Below are positions 30,396 to 40,537 of a stretch of DNA of 64,000 nt, in pieces; position 1 is the first letter of the stretch, and each line of letters begins with the position of its first letter. The notes below the pieces were generated by a model that worked only from the letters and a program-made list of their open reading frames with translations, was not told where the DNA came from and made no database searches. The DNA comes from Nitrospirota bacterium (GTDB taxonomy: Bacteria > Nitrospirota > UBA9217). Made by a program: the position numbers and the translations under genes. The stretch spans positions 29,048 through 93,047 of the forward strand of contig DASPSR010000049.1 in the NCBI GenBank assembly GCA_035623825.1, written 5' to 3'.

Positions 30396-31247
30396 ATGAA
30401 AAAAATCGGTATCATCGCAAAAGATATCCCTGCTGCGCAGAAGGCGGCGAAGAAGCTGATGGCGTGGCTCTTGTCGCGGGGGAAGAGAGTATTCATTGAC
30501 AACCAAACCGCTGCGTCCATGAACGTGCAAGGATATGACCGTGCCGAAATCCCCTCCCTTGTCGAAATGCTGATAATTCTTGGTGGCGACGGGACACTTC
30601 TGTCTGCTGCAAGGCATGTGGCCGATGCACATGCCGAAGTCCCCATCTTCGGTGTGAACCTCGGGAGTCTGGGATTCATGGCTGAGGTCTCGCTCGATGA
30701 GCTGTACGACAACCTGGAAAAGGCGATAGCGGGCAAGCTCGAGACCGAGGACCGGATGATGCTCACAACGAGCGTCCTACGCAGAGGACGGCGTGTAGCA
30801 CGGTACCGCGTCCTGAACGACGCGGTTATCAACAAAGGTGCCCTCGCGCGCATGATGGAGCTTAAAGTATCGGTGAATGGCGGCCACCTTACCACACTTC
30901 GATCTGACGGCCTGATTGTCGCAACACCGACGGGTTCGACGGCCTATTCGCTTTCTGCAGGGGGCCCCATCATCCATCCGACCATCCACTGCTTTGTGGT
31001 GACGCCGATATGTCCGCATACGCTCTCCAATCGCCCGATTGCCCTGCCTGATAGTGTGGTGGTCACCGTGCGCCTGATCTCGCAGAGCGAAGATGTGTCG
31101 CTTACACTCGATGGACAGATTGGTTTTTCACTCGAACGGGACGATATCGTTGAAATAAGGCGGTCCCGGTTCAGGATGAGGCTGATTAAACATCCCTCCA
31201 AGGGCTATTACGAAATCCTGCGGACCAAACTGAAGTGGGGAAACTGA
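30396..31247 (+). CDS. nadK: NAD kinase
   Basis: GGDGT, NLGSLGF, ND, DGLIVATPTGSTAYSLSAGG. Confidence 0.97.
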   Translation: MKKIGIIAKDIPAAQKAAKKLMAWLLSRGKRVFIDNQTAASMNVQGYDRAEIPSLVEMLIILGGDGTLLSAARHVADAHAEVPIFGVNLGSLGFMAEVSLDELYDNLEKAIAGKLETEDRMMLTTSVLRRGRRVARYRVLNDAVINKGALARMMELKVSVNGGHLTTLRSDGLIVATPTGSTAYSLSAGGPIIHPTIHCFVVTPICPHTLSNRPIALPDSVVVTVRLISQSEDVSLTLDGQIGFSLERDDIVEIRRSRFRMRLIKHPSKGYYEILRTKLKWGN

Positions 31248-31436
31248 GTAAAGGCCAAAGCGCAAGTTCCAACATGCACAGCGGATCCCACCGCTATCAC
31301 GTCATTGAGCACGGACCATAGAAAGAGTGGCCAATCGTCTTTTTTCCGCTGGTTCGCCTGGTTGTCTTACAAGCTAGCTCCATCTGGCCGATGAAGTTCG
31401 GGCTTTCATGTGCGCAGGGAAGATCCGGAGATTGCA

Positions 31437-32216
31437 ATGAATGACATTCAACGCGAGCTATTAGATATCGTAACACAAGTCAGGACGCATGTTGAGTACT
31501 TGAAGGCGCTGGGGGTGGGCTCAATCGAGCAGATCCCTTCCGGGATCGCTTCCCTGACGGCAGTTGGTATCCCTTATGCGGTGAATGCGCCGCAAACCGC
31601 TGCAGCCGCGAGCGAAAATGTACCAGGGTCGGGGAAACCGGCAGAGTCTCGATCCGGGGGACTTACGGCCGTCCGTGCTGAACTCGGGGAGTGCACCCGG
31701 TGCAAACTTTCCAAGGGGAGAAAGAACATCGTCTTCGGCGAGGGCAACCCGGCCGCGGTGCTTGTGTTCGTGGGCGAGGGGCCAGGGTATGAGGAAGACC
31801 AGCAAGGGAGACCATTCGTGGGTGCGGCCGGACAGCTCCTGACGGACATTATCGTTAAAGGCATGAAGCTCCGACGCGATGACGTTTACATCTGCAATAT
31901 TGTAAAATGCAGGCCGCCGGACAACCGGAACCCCGAGCCGGATGAGATAGAGGCCTGCGAGCCGTTCCTTATCAAGCAGTTCCAGGTGATTAAGCCAAAG
32001 TGTATCATCGCCCTCGGCAATGTCGCCGTCAAAACTCTGCTCAAAACCAAAGAGGGGATCACGTCGCTCCGCGGACGGTGGCATACGTATCAGGGAATCC
32101 CGCTCATGCCCACATTTCATCCCGCGTACCTTCTCAGAAATCCGGCGGACAAGAAACTCGTTTGGGAAGATATTAAGAAAGTCATCGCGAAGATGGAGAG
32201 TGCGCAGAAGGGATGA
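31437..32216 (+). CDS. Uracil-DNA glycosylase family 4 (Fe-S)
   Basis: CTRCKL, GEGPG, GRPFVG, KCRPP.NR, FHPAY. Confidence 0.93.
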   Translation: MNDIQRELLDIVTQVRTHVEYLKALGVGSIEQIPSGIASLTAVGIPYAVNAPQTAAAASENVPGSGKPAESRSGGLTAVRAELGECTRCKLSKGRKNIVFGEGNPAAVLVFVGEGPGYEEDQQGRPFVGAAGQLLTDIIVKGMKLRRDDVYICNIVKCRPPDNRNPEPDEIEACEPFLIKQFQVIKPKCIIALGNVAVKTLLKTKEGITSLRGRWHTYQGIPLMPTFHPAYLLRNPADKKLVWEDIKKVIAKMESAQKG

Positions 32217-32528
32217 AGCGGATCTTGCGTTACTGGCGGCGGAAGGCAGATCTATGAAGATGCCAATCTGTCACCCGTATCCCGAATTCTGAATTCTGAT
32301 ATCGAGGATCGTATCTGCGCACTATGGAGGATAGGATGTATCGTGGGTAACTGTTGGGCCGCAGGCGCCGGATTCCCAGCACACGTGCGCTTCAAGATCG
32401 TTCATCACCAGGCGGGCGGCGATACAGTGTCAGCGCGTGATGCCCGACTCGGCCAACGGCACCTCTGAAAGACTTAGGCTGTACGTTAAAAAAGCTCAAA
32501 GAAAATACCGAAAGCGAATTTTGGGATT

Positions 32529-32634
32529 CAGATGCACGCAGAAGAAGCGGATTTACGGGAAATGCGCAGGCCGCTGCGACATAGCAAATCACGGTTCCCC
32601 ATGAACATCATCCGCTTTCGTCTGCCCAAATCTG
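32529..32634. repeat. Degenerate intergenic inverted repeat
   Basis: CAGAT..GCAGA..AAGCGGAT (32529-32552) pairs with ATCCGCTT..TCTGC..ATCTG (32610-32634). Confidence 0.55.
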
Positions 32635-32659
32635 TGGTCCGGTGATTTCCCCATATTTC

Positions 32660-35350
32660 ATGGATGACTTGACTCCTCTAATGAAGCAGTACCGCGAGAT
32701 CAAACGCCAGCACCTTGACGCGATTCTGCTTTTCCGCATGGGCGATTTTTACGAGATGTTCGACCAGGACGCGGTGACCGCGTCAAAGGTTCTCGAGATA
32801 ACGCTTACTGCACGCAACAGATCCAAGGGCATCGAGACGCCGCTCTGCGGGTTCCCGTATCATGCAGCAGAAGGCTATATCGCTAAGCTCATCCGGCGGG
32901 GATTTAAAGTCGCGGTCTGCGAACAGGTGGAGGACCCCAAACTCGCGAAGGGCATAGTGAAACGAGAGGTGATCCGCGTAGTAACGCCGGGAACGGTGCT
33001 CGACTCGAACCTGCTCGATGCGAAGGATAACAATTACCTCGCCTCCCTCTGTCCGGCGAAGGAAGGTTACGGACTTGCATTTCTCGATATTTCAACGGGA
33101 GACTTCTTCGTTGCCCAAATAGACGGGACCGGCAATTTCGCGGAACTGGATACTATGCTGGCACGGTTTACTCCCCGTGAGATCGTACTGCCCAGGGGTT
33201 ATCAGATCGATACAGGGCTTTCGAGCCTGCTTCGGCAATACACGCAGGCGATTAACACGCACGACGAGTGGACGTTCGACTGGCAGACCGCCAATCGTGC
33301 TCTTCTCGACCATTTCAAGACTGCCTCACTTGAAGGATTCGGCTGCAGTGGCATGAAGATCGGCATCTCCGCTGCGGGTGCGGCGCTCCGGTATATTGAG
33401 GAGACACAGAAGACCAGTCTCGAGAACATTCGCAGGATAAAACCCTTTCTCACGCAATCGTACATGGTTCTTGATCCGTCATGTCAGAGAACTCTTGAAC
33501 TGGTCAAGAACATCTACGACGGCTCCTTAAAAGGAACGCTTCTTTCTGTCCTTGATTTCACTGCCACTTCCATGGGCGGAAGAAAACTGCGTGAATGGCT
33601 TCTGAACCCGCTCATGGATGCAGTCGAGATCGAGCGCCGGCATGAGGCAGTGACCGAGCTCAGGGAAGGACACCAGCTTCGCGCTGACCTGAGGACTGTC
33701 CTCGGCAAGGTGTACGATCTGGAAAGGCTCATAAGCCGGGTGTCACTTGGTGTGGCAAACGCACGGGATCTGCTCGCACTCAAGCAGTCATTTGCGTCGC
33801 TTCCGCAGGTCCGCCAGCTGTTATCCAATTGCAATTCCCGCCTGACATACGCCTTGACGGAAGAATGGGATGACCTCCGGGAGGTCTTTCAGCGCATCGA
33901 CAGCGCTATTGCTGATGACCCGCCTTATACCTTGCGGGAAGGAAGGTTGATCAAAAAGGGGTACAACCGGGAACTGGATGAACTTCGGTCCATTAGCTCC
34001 GAAGGCAAGGGATGGATAGCTGGCATCGAACGTCGCGAACGTGAGCGCACGGGCATCGGTTCGCTCAAGGTGAGCTACAACAAGGTCTTCGGGTACTATA
34101 TCGAGGTGACGAAGACGAATCTCCAGAATGTACCGCCGGATTATATCCGGAAACAGACGCTCGCAAACGCGGAACGGTTTATAACACCGGAACTGAAGGA
34201 ATATGAGGATAAGGTGCTCGGCGCCGAGGAGAAGATACTCGACATGGAGTACCGGCTGTTCCAGCAGGTACGGGAATCAGTGGCCGGATCGACCGTAAGA
34301 ATTCAGGATATGGCGCGGCGGCTTGCCGTTCTCGACTGCCTGGCATCCCTCGCGGAAGCGGCGGCCAAGAACAATTACACCAGGCCGGCGATCCTCGAAG
34401 GAGACACGCTGCGGATCATTGATGGCAGGCATCCTGTAATCGAACAGGTTTCAGCTGAAGAGCGATTCATCCCGAACGACACAATTCTGGACTGCGAAGA
34501 GAATCAACTCGTGATCCTCACCGGGCCGAACATGGCTGGAAAATCTACTTATATGCGGCAGGTGGCCATGATCACGATCATGGCGCAGATGGGCAGCCTC
34601 GTCCCCGCACGCGAGGCGCAGATAGGCCTCGTGGACAGGATATTCACACGCGTGGGTGCGTCCGACTTCATCTCCCACGGCCAGAGCACCTTCATGGTTG
34701 AGATGAACGAGACCGCAAACATCCTGAATAACGCGACGGATCGCAGCCTCATCATCCTCGATGAGATCGGGAGAGGAACGAGTACCTTCGACGGCATCAG
34801 CATAGCCTGGGCCGTGGCCGAATATATCCATGCAAAACTCAGGGCCAGGACCCTTTTTGCCACGCACTACCATGAACTCACCGAACTTGCGCTCACCATG
34901 GACCGTGTGAAGAACTACACGGTTGCCATCAAGGAATGGAACGACCAGATCATCTTCCTCCGGAGGGTTGTGGAAGGAGGCGCGGACAAGTCATACGGCA
35001 TCCAAGTGGCCCGGCTCGCAGGGCTTCCTCCGGCGGTGATTCAGAGGGCGAGGGAGGTGCTCGAGAACCTTGAACAGGCTGAATTCAATGAACTGGGTGA
35101 ACCGGTGGCTGCGTCAAAAATCAGGATAGGAGATGGAGAATCAAGGAGAGTTCGGGGAAGGAACATGCAAGATGGAAAAGCCCAAGAAACGGAGGCGATT
35201 GAGCCGCAGCTCGGACTGTTCGCAAGCGAGGCGGGGCTCCTCTTTAAAGAGCTTGCCGACCTGAACCTGGACGCTATGACGCCGCTCGACGCGATGAACA
35301 AACTGCATGAGCTGAAGAAACGGGTAGGAGGTAAGAGGGGCACAGAATGA
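32660..35350 (+). CDS. mutS: DNA mismatch repair protein MutS
   Basis: TPLMKQY, GDFYEMF, TGPNMAGKS, DEIGRGT, QLGLF clamp-binding motif. Confidence 0.98.
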   Translation: MDDLTPLMKQYREIKRQHLDAILLFRMGDFYEMFDQDAVTASKVLEITLTARNRSKGIETPLCGFPYHAAEGYIAKLIRRGFKVAVCEQVEDPKLAKGIVKREVIRVVTPGTVLDSNLLDAKDNNYLASLCPAKEGYGLAFLDISTGDFFVAQIDGTGNFAELDTMLARFTPREIVLPRGYQIDTGLSSLLRQYTQAINTHDEWTFDWQTANRALLDHFKTASLEGFGCSGMKIGISAAGAALRYIEETQKTSLENIRRIKPFLTQSYMVLDPSCQRTLELVKNIYDGSLKGTLLSVLDFTATSMGGRKLREWLLNPLMDAVEIERRHEAVTELREGHQLRADLRTVLGKVYDLERLISRVSLGVANARDLLALKQSFASLPQVRQLLSNCNSRLTYALTEEWDDLREVFQRIDSAIADDPPYTLREGRLIKKGYNRELDELRSISSEGKGWIAGIERRERERTGIGSLKVSYNKVFGYYIEVTKTNLQNVPPDYIRKQTLANAERFITPELKEYEDKVLGAEEKILDMEYRLFQQVRESVAGSTVRIQDMARRLAVLDCLASLAEAAAKNNYTRPAILEGDTLRIIDGRHPVIEQVSAEERFIPNDTILDCEENQLVILTGPNMAGKSTYMRQVAMITIMAQMGSLVPAREAQIGLVDRIFTRVGASDFISHGQSTFMVEMNETANILNNATDRSLIILDEIGRGTSTFDGISIAWAVAEYIHAKLRARTLFATHYHELTELALTMDRVKNYTVAIKEWNDQIIFLRRVVEGGADKSYGIQVARLAGLPPAVIQRAREVLENLEQAEFNELGEPVAASKIRIGDGESRRVRGRNMQDGKAQETEAIEPQLGLFASEAGLLFKELADLNLDAMTPLDAMNKLHELKKRVGGKRGTE

Positions 35351-35409
35351 AACCTTAGATATTGAACCCTCGGGAAGTTAGTACACGATAATACGCGCGC
35401 AATTCCTTA

Positions 35410-35439
35410 TTGACACCTCGCCCTGATTTCTGGTAGTAT
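35410..35439 (+). promoter_or_regulatory. sigma70-like promoter for rplI
   Basis: TTGACA-18 nt-TAGTAT with TGn. Confidence 0.65.
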
Positions 35440-35478
35440 CTTGCCATTCATAAAGGCTCGAAAGGAGTTGTAACGCAA

Positions 35479-35925
35479 ATGCAGGTAATTTTACGCGAAG
35501 ATATTGATAATTTGGGGAAAATAGGCGATCTTGTCAAAGTAGCGGACGGGTATGCGAGAAACCATCTGGTACCCTTGAAAAAAGCCATCGAGGCCACACC
35601 GAAAAACCTCCGCGCCATGGAACATGCGAAAAAAATGGTGGCCGACCGCATCAGAAAACTGAAGAAAGAGGCGACAGCGGACGCCGACAGGATCAAGGGC
35701 CTCTCGATTACGATCAAGGCCAATGCGGGAGAAGAGGGCAAACTTTTTGGCTCCGTCACTTCCATGGATATCGCCGAAGCCATGAAAGCGCAGGGTGTGA
35801 CCATCGACAAGAGAAAGATCGTTCTCGATGAACCCATAAGGCGGCTTGGCGACTTTACGGTTTCTGTCAAACTGCACGCCGATGTCTATGCGGACCTCAA
35901 AGTCTCAGTGATTGCAGCAGAATAG
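35479..35925 (+). CDS. rplI: 50S ribosomal protein L9
   Basis: MQVIL, LG..GD.V.VADGYARN.L.P, GKLFGSVT. Confidence 0.97.
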   Translation: MQVILREDIDNLGKIGDLVKVADGYARNHLVPLKKAIEATPKNLRAMEHAKKMVADRIRKLKKEATADADRIKGLSITIKANAGEEGKLFGSVTSMDIAEAMKAQGVTIDKRKIVLDEPIRRLGDFTVSVKLHADVYADLKVSVIAAE

Positions 35926-35970
35926 CATCGACCCCTTTTCAACCTGTCCGTTCATGAAGCGGACTTGACG

Positions 35971-35999
35971 GCCCGTTCCTTCGAACGGGCTTGTTATTT
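35971..35999 (+). terminator. Intrinsic terminator-like hairpin after rplI
   Basis: GCCCGTTC-CTTC-GAACGGGC followed by TTGTTATTT. Confidence 0.6.
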
Positions 36000-36065
36000 C
36001 AGACTGATGTATCCATTTGCCGTTATTTTTTATTTTTCCCCCATCCGTCAGTTTCGAGGTAGAAC

Positions 36066-37451
36066 ATGTCAGTTCAGACCGAGGTATCGCTCCAGAAACT
36101 CCCTCCGCAGAATATCGAGGCAGAGCAGATGGTGCTCGGCGCCATACTTATCGAAAACGACTCCATCAACAAAGTCGTCGAAACTCTTTCGCCTGATGAT
36201 TTCTACAAGGACACTCATAACCGGATATTTTCCGTGATGCTCGATATGTTTGAGACCGGAGAGGCGATCGACCTCATTACGCTGACTGACGCGCTTCGCG
36301 GCAAGGTCGGGCTAGAGTCCGTCGGCGGCGCGTCATATCTCGCATATCTCGTCAGTCTTGTGCCCACGGCAGCCAATATCAGGAACCATGCACGGATCGT
36401 CCGCGAGAAAGCCGTTCTGCGCAGGCTTATCCATGCCGCAACTGACATAATCACGCAGAGCTACGACGATTCCCGGACCGTTCAGGACATCGATGAACTC
36501 CTGGACCGGGCGGAACGATCGATTTTCGAGATTGCCCAGAACAAGATCAAAGACTCGTTTATCCCTTTGAAAAAGATCGTCGGTCACAGTTTCGCGATCG
36601 TCGAACGGCTCTATGAACGAAAAGAGATGGTTACCGGCCTCCCTACCGGTTTCGTGGATCTGGATGAGAGAACATCAGGCCTGCAGCAGAGCGACCTCAT
36701 TATCGTGGCCGGCAGGCCATCGATGGGCAAGACGGCGTTCTGCCTCAACATCGCGTCTTACGCCGCAATTGAGAAAGGGAAGTCCGTAGCCTTTTTCAGC
36801 CTCGAGATGTCCAAAGAACAGCTCGTGCTCCGTTTGCTGGGTTCCGAGTCACGGGTTGATGCGCACAAACTTCGGACCGGGCACTTATCTGAACGTGATT
36901 GGACCCCTCTGTCCACTGCCGCTGGCAGGCTGGCAGAAGCCCCTATCTATATCGACGATTCAGCGGCGATCTCCGTGCTCGAAATGCGCGCCAAGGCGCG
37001 GAGACTGAAAGCGGAGCATGGCCTTGACCTTTTGATCGTGGACTACCTCCAGCTCATGCGGGGCAGGGGGGATGAAGGCAGTCGCGAACAGGAGATATCG
37101 AACATATCACGCTCGCTCAAGGCGCTCGCGAAGGAACTGCAGGTTCCGGTCATCGCCCTCTCTCAGCTCAACCGCGCGGTGGAGACGCGTCCCGGCAAGG
37201 AAAAGAGGCCGATGCTTGCCGACCTCCGTGAATCCGGCGCTATTGAGCAGGACGCGGATGTGATATTATTTATATATCGCGATGAAGTCTACAATAAATG
37301 CGAATGTCCTCACGACGGCGAATGCCTGTGCGGCAGGAGAGGCGTCGCAGAAGTGATCATCGGAAAGCAGAGAAACGGCCCAATCGGCAAAGTTGACCTG
37401 ACGTTTATAAGCAGGTTCACGAGATTCGAAAACGCAGAAAAGCGGTTCTGA
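36066..37451 (+). CDS. dnaB: Replicative DNA helicase
   Basis: GRPSMGKT, FSLEM, DYLQL, LSQLNR, DLRESGAIEQDAD, KQRNGP. Confidence 0.98.
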   Translation: MSVQTEVSLQKLPPQNIEAEQMVLGAILIENDSINKVVETLSPDDFYKDTHNRIFSVMLDMFETGEAIDLITLTDALRGKVGLESVGGASYLAYLVSLVPTAANIRNHARIVREKAVLRRLIHAATDIITQSYDDSRTVQDIDELLDRAERSIFEIAQNKIKDSFIPLKKIVGHSFAIVERLYERKEMVTGLPTGFVDLDERTSGLQQSDLIIVAGRPSMGKTAFCLNIASYAAIEKGKSVAFFSLEMSKEQLVLRLLGSESRVDAHKLRTGHLSERDWTPLSTAAGRLAEAPIYIDDSAAISVLEMRAKARRLKAEHGLDLLIVDYLQLMRGRGDEGSREQEISNISRSLKALAKELQVPVIALSQLNRAVETRPGKEKRPMLADLRESGAIEQDADVILFIYRDEVYNKCECPHDGECLCGRRGVAEVIIGKQRNGPIGKVDLTFISRFTRFENAEKRF

Positions 37452-37611
37452 GAGGGCTGCGATCCAGACCCGTGCATGACGGGCGGATATAAACACCGAT
37501 AGCGTTTTTTCCGGAAATACAAGGTTGATCTTGGCCATGGGAGAAGGGCCGATCAATCAGAACCTTCAGAACGAACTCCGGGCAACGAGTTTTGATTGCA
37601 GCGAGGTTCCT

Positions 37612-38445
37612 ATGCTCCGACATGCTGCGGTCGCAGGGTATTTTTATCAGGGAACGGCAGACGCGCTCAAGAAGCAGGTCCAGGGGTTCATAATCTCCGG
37701 CGCCAACAAGGTCAAAGCGCGCGGCATTCTCGCGCCTCACGCGGGTCTGATGTATTCCGGCGCCGTTGCGGGCGCCGTCTATTCGAGTATAGACCTCCCT
37801 GATACCTTTATCCTTATAGGGCCGAACCATACAGGTCTGGGCGCGTCTGTTTCCCTCATGTCCGGCGGACGGTGGGAAACCCCCCTCGGAACGGTTGATA
37901 TCGATGAGCCCCTCGCCGCTGCAATTCTTGAGGAGTCCTCACATATCCATGCGGACACGCTCGCACACCTGCGCGAACACTCGCTTGAGGTCCAACTCCC
38001 CTTCATCCAGTATTTCAAGCATAAGTTCAAAATAGTGCCACTTCAAATGCTCGATACCAGGCTCGAGATCTGTCTTGACGTAGGCCGCGCGATAGCAACA
38101 GCCGTCAAAGAACGCGAAGCGCAGGACGCGGAGCACGAATCAGGACTTCGCAAAGTGCTCATCGTCGCAAGTTCCGACATGAGCCATTATGAGCGGGCAG
38201 TGACGGCCAAAGAAAAAGACTCCAAAGCCATTCATCAAATCCTGAACCTCGATCCCGAGGGTCTGTTCCGTACGGTCAGAGATTACGGCATCACCATGTG
38301 CGGGTATGGTCCTGCCGTTGTCATGCTTGCCGCCTGCAAAGCCCTCGGCGCTTCCCACGCGGAGCTGATCAAGTACGCAAATTCGGGAGACGTGAGCGGA
38401 GACTACGAGCAGGTGGTAGGATACGCAGGGATCGTGATTATGTAA
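37612..38445 (+). CDS. MEMO1-family protein (AmmeMemoRadiSam protein B)
   Basis: AVAGYFY, PHAG..YSG, GPNH, EHSLEVQLPF, ASSDMSHY, MCG.GP, VVGYA. Confidence 0.93.
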   Translation: MLRHAAVAGYFYQGTADALKKQVQGFIISGANKVKARGILAPHAGLMYSGAVAGAVYSSIDLPDTFILIGPNHTGLGASVSLMSGGRWETPLGTVDIDEPLAAAILEESSHIHADTLAHLREHSLEVQLPFIQYFKHKFKIVPLQMLDTRLEICLDVGRAIATAVKEREAQDAEHESGLRKVLIVASSDMSHYERAVTAKEKDSKAIHQILNLDPEGLFRTVRDYGITMCGYGPAVVMLAACKALGASHAELIKYANSGDVSGDYEQVVGYAGIVIM

Positions 38446-38595
38446 TCCATTACATATCTGTGAACAATTCCCTCCTTTTCTCTTCCTTGGTCAACCTGTT
38501 ATCTAATTGAATACATTTGATTATTGCTCATGGTACGGATGTTGCTTCCATTCTGGATGAATAGTAATTGAGCAGACCATGGAAAGGCACATCTA

Positions 38596-38799
38596 ATGGC
38601 CAAGTATATAATCACATGTCCGGAATGCGGTGCAGAAATGATTACCGCATATCCTTCAGCGACCATATGGGAGCTCTGCCCCCACTGCAGGCATCACGTC
38701 ATGGATGGATACGATGTAATGATGGCGCAGGCTGTACCGGAGGGACCTTATCCCCAGGACAACATCCCTACACTTATGAACAAGGTGGTTAACAACTGA
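38596..38799 (+). CDS. Small zinc-ribbon protein (67 aa) immediately upstream of the minor pilin genes
   Basis: CPECG...CPHCR; AAAGG RBS; stop lies 2 nt before the next start. Confidence 0.65.
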   Translation: MAKYIITCPECGAEMITAYPSATIWELCPHCRHHVMDGYDVMMAQAVPEGPYPQDNIPTLMNKVVNN

Positions 38800-38801
38800 A
38801 A

Positions 38802-39335
38802 GTGAGAACTTCCATGATGACAGTGCAAAGGGCCAGAAATGAGAACGGTTTCACGTTGCTGGAATTGGTGATCGCGATTTTTCTTCTGTCTATTGGTCTC
38901 CTTGCCACGGCGAGCATGCAGGAAATGGCGCTTGGCTCGAATTCTCATGCAAACATAAATACCATATCAACAATGGTTGCTCAGCAGGTCATGGACGACC
39001 TCATGTCGGTCGAGCTTCAGCCAAACAGCACGGTGCCGAATACCCAGTATTGGTACACGCAGTTTAACCTGGGAGCGCAGAATGCTGCGTATAATCGATT
39101 CCCTCCCATTACTACCTCTGGCAGCGTCCCGGCGGGGTCAACCAACTTGCAGATTAACGGGGTGGGTACCTTTACGGCAACTTACACATTAAAACCCAAT
39201 ACCCCGGCCCAGTATATTACCCAGGTATCGGTTGCATTATCTTTGCCTGTTGGTCAGTCACCGGGAGCCGACATTGTCAGAATATTCGTAAACCCCGTCG
39301 TAACACTGACCGGCTATCGCATAGTGCCCCAGTAG
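38802..39335 (+). CDS. pilV: Type IV minor pilin, PilV-like
   Basis: Prepilin site ENG|FTLLE, hydrophobic helix IGLLATASMQ. Confidence 0.8.
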   Translation: MRTSMMTVQRARNENGFTLLELVIAIFLLSIGLLATASMQEMALGSNSHANINTISTMVAQQVMDDLMSVELQPNSTVPNTQYWYTQFNLGAQNAAYNRFPPITTSGSVPAGSTNLQINGVGTFTATYTLKPNTPAQYITQVSVALSLPVGQSPGADIVRIFVNPVVTLTGYRIVPQ

Positions 39336-39360
39336 CGATAATGTCGTATGTTGGAGATTG

Positions 39361-40494
39361 ATGATGATGCGCATGCATTCGAACGAAAAGGGCTTTACCC
39401 TGATTGAGCTTCTGATGGTTGCAGTCATGCTTGGTCTTGTGATGATGGCTGTCTATTCCATTTTCACCACCAGTAAGCGATCGGCCAATACACAGGATGA
39501 TGTGGTCGAGGTCCAGCAAAACCTCCGTATTGCCATGGACAACATTACAAGAGACATCCGGAATGCCGGATTCATGATATCGCAGATGCGGGATGCCAGC
39601 CTTCAGTGGCAGTCGATGCAAACGGCAGCCAATCCTAATTATACGCAACCGATCGGGAAGATCATTGACGACCATGGCAATATAACGGCGAACGCACTTC
39701 CGTCGACGACACCTGATGCATTCGGGGGTACCGCAATGCACGCGGACATACTGGTCATGAACTCCGCGTCGCCATTTGCGTTCCTGACAGTGGCAAGGAT
39801 CACAGCCGCGCAGACCGGGATCATTAACTCCTTCACTGTTGCCACATCAGATACTCAGGCGATCAGCGGTTTAAGGCCTAATATTGACCAGGTCAGGATT
39901 TACAATCCCATATGGCATGATGAAGAAACCAATCTTTCTCCAACCCTCTTACCGCGCTCCCAAGGCGGTAAAGGCACTGTTTTTAATGTGGTGTCAGTCG
40001 GCACTACGACTATTAAGCTTGGTCGTCCGGTGGGTGCCACCGATAACGACCCCTCGAACACCAATTTCAGGACAGGGGACATCATCGCGAAGACAACGGT
40101 AACCGCAAGCCCTTATGTGAATTGGGTCAAGTATTGCCTGGGCCCGGAGCCGACGAATTGTCCTGCTCCGGGGGACCAGGCCTTGCCGGCGAACACCCAA
40201 TGCAACAGCGGGGCGTCAGACCCGACCATGTGCCTCCTTCGCATAACAAACACGCAGACAGACGTCATCGCAACTAAGATTTCCGGCCTCCAGTTTACCT
40301 ATCTTCTTGATAACGGGACGGAGGTCTCCAGCGCCGCTCCTCCTGCAGATCTCGGCGCTGTACGCGCGGTCCGGGTGACGCTCAACGGTCAGACGGCAAC
40401 TGCCGAAGCTCTCTCGGGCGGGCCCACCACCGCGCAGAAAACAAGGACGATGATGTCCGTGGTCAAATTGCAGAATAGGTTCTTAGTAAAATGA
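39361..40494 (+). CDS. pilW: Type IV minor pilin, PilW-like
   Basis: EKG|FTLIE, QQNLRIAMD.I.RDIRNAG, GLQFTY, VRAVRVTL. Confidence 0.85.
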   Translation: MMMRMHSNEKGFTLIELLMVAVMLGLVMMAVYSIFTTSKRSANTQDDVVEVQQNLRIAMDNITRDIRNAGFMISQMRDASLQWQSMQTAANPNYTQPIGKIIDDHGNITANALPSTTPDAFGGTAMHADILVMNSASPFAFLTVARITAAQTGIINSFTVATSDTQAISGLRPNIDQVRIYNPIWHDEETNLSPTLLPRSQGGKGTVFNVVSVGTTTIKLGRPVGATDNDPSNTNFRTGDIIAKTTVTASPYVNWVKYCLGPEPTNCPAPGDQALPANTQCNSGASDPTMCLLRITNTQTDVIATKISGLQFTYLLDNGTEVSSAAPPADLGAVRAVRVTLNGQTATAEALSGGPTTAQKTRTMMSVVKLQNRFLVK

Positions 40495-40537
40495 TCCGTA
40501 CAGGGGCCGTTTCCGGCCTCCGAAGGGAAGTGATTGT

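Noticed and set aside
37290-37340. Intein in dnaB
   Set aside because: The insert is only about 10 aa, with no His-Asn terminus or splicing blocks.
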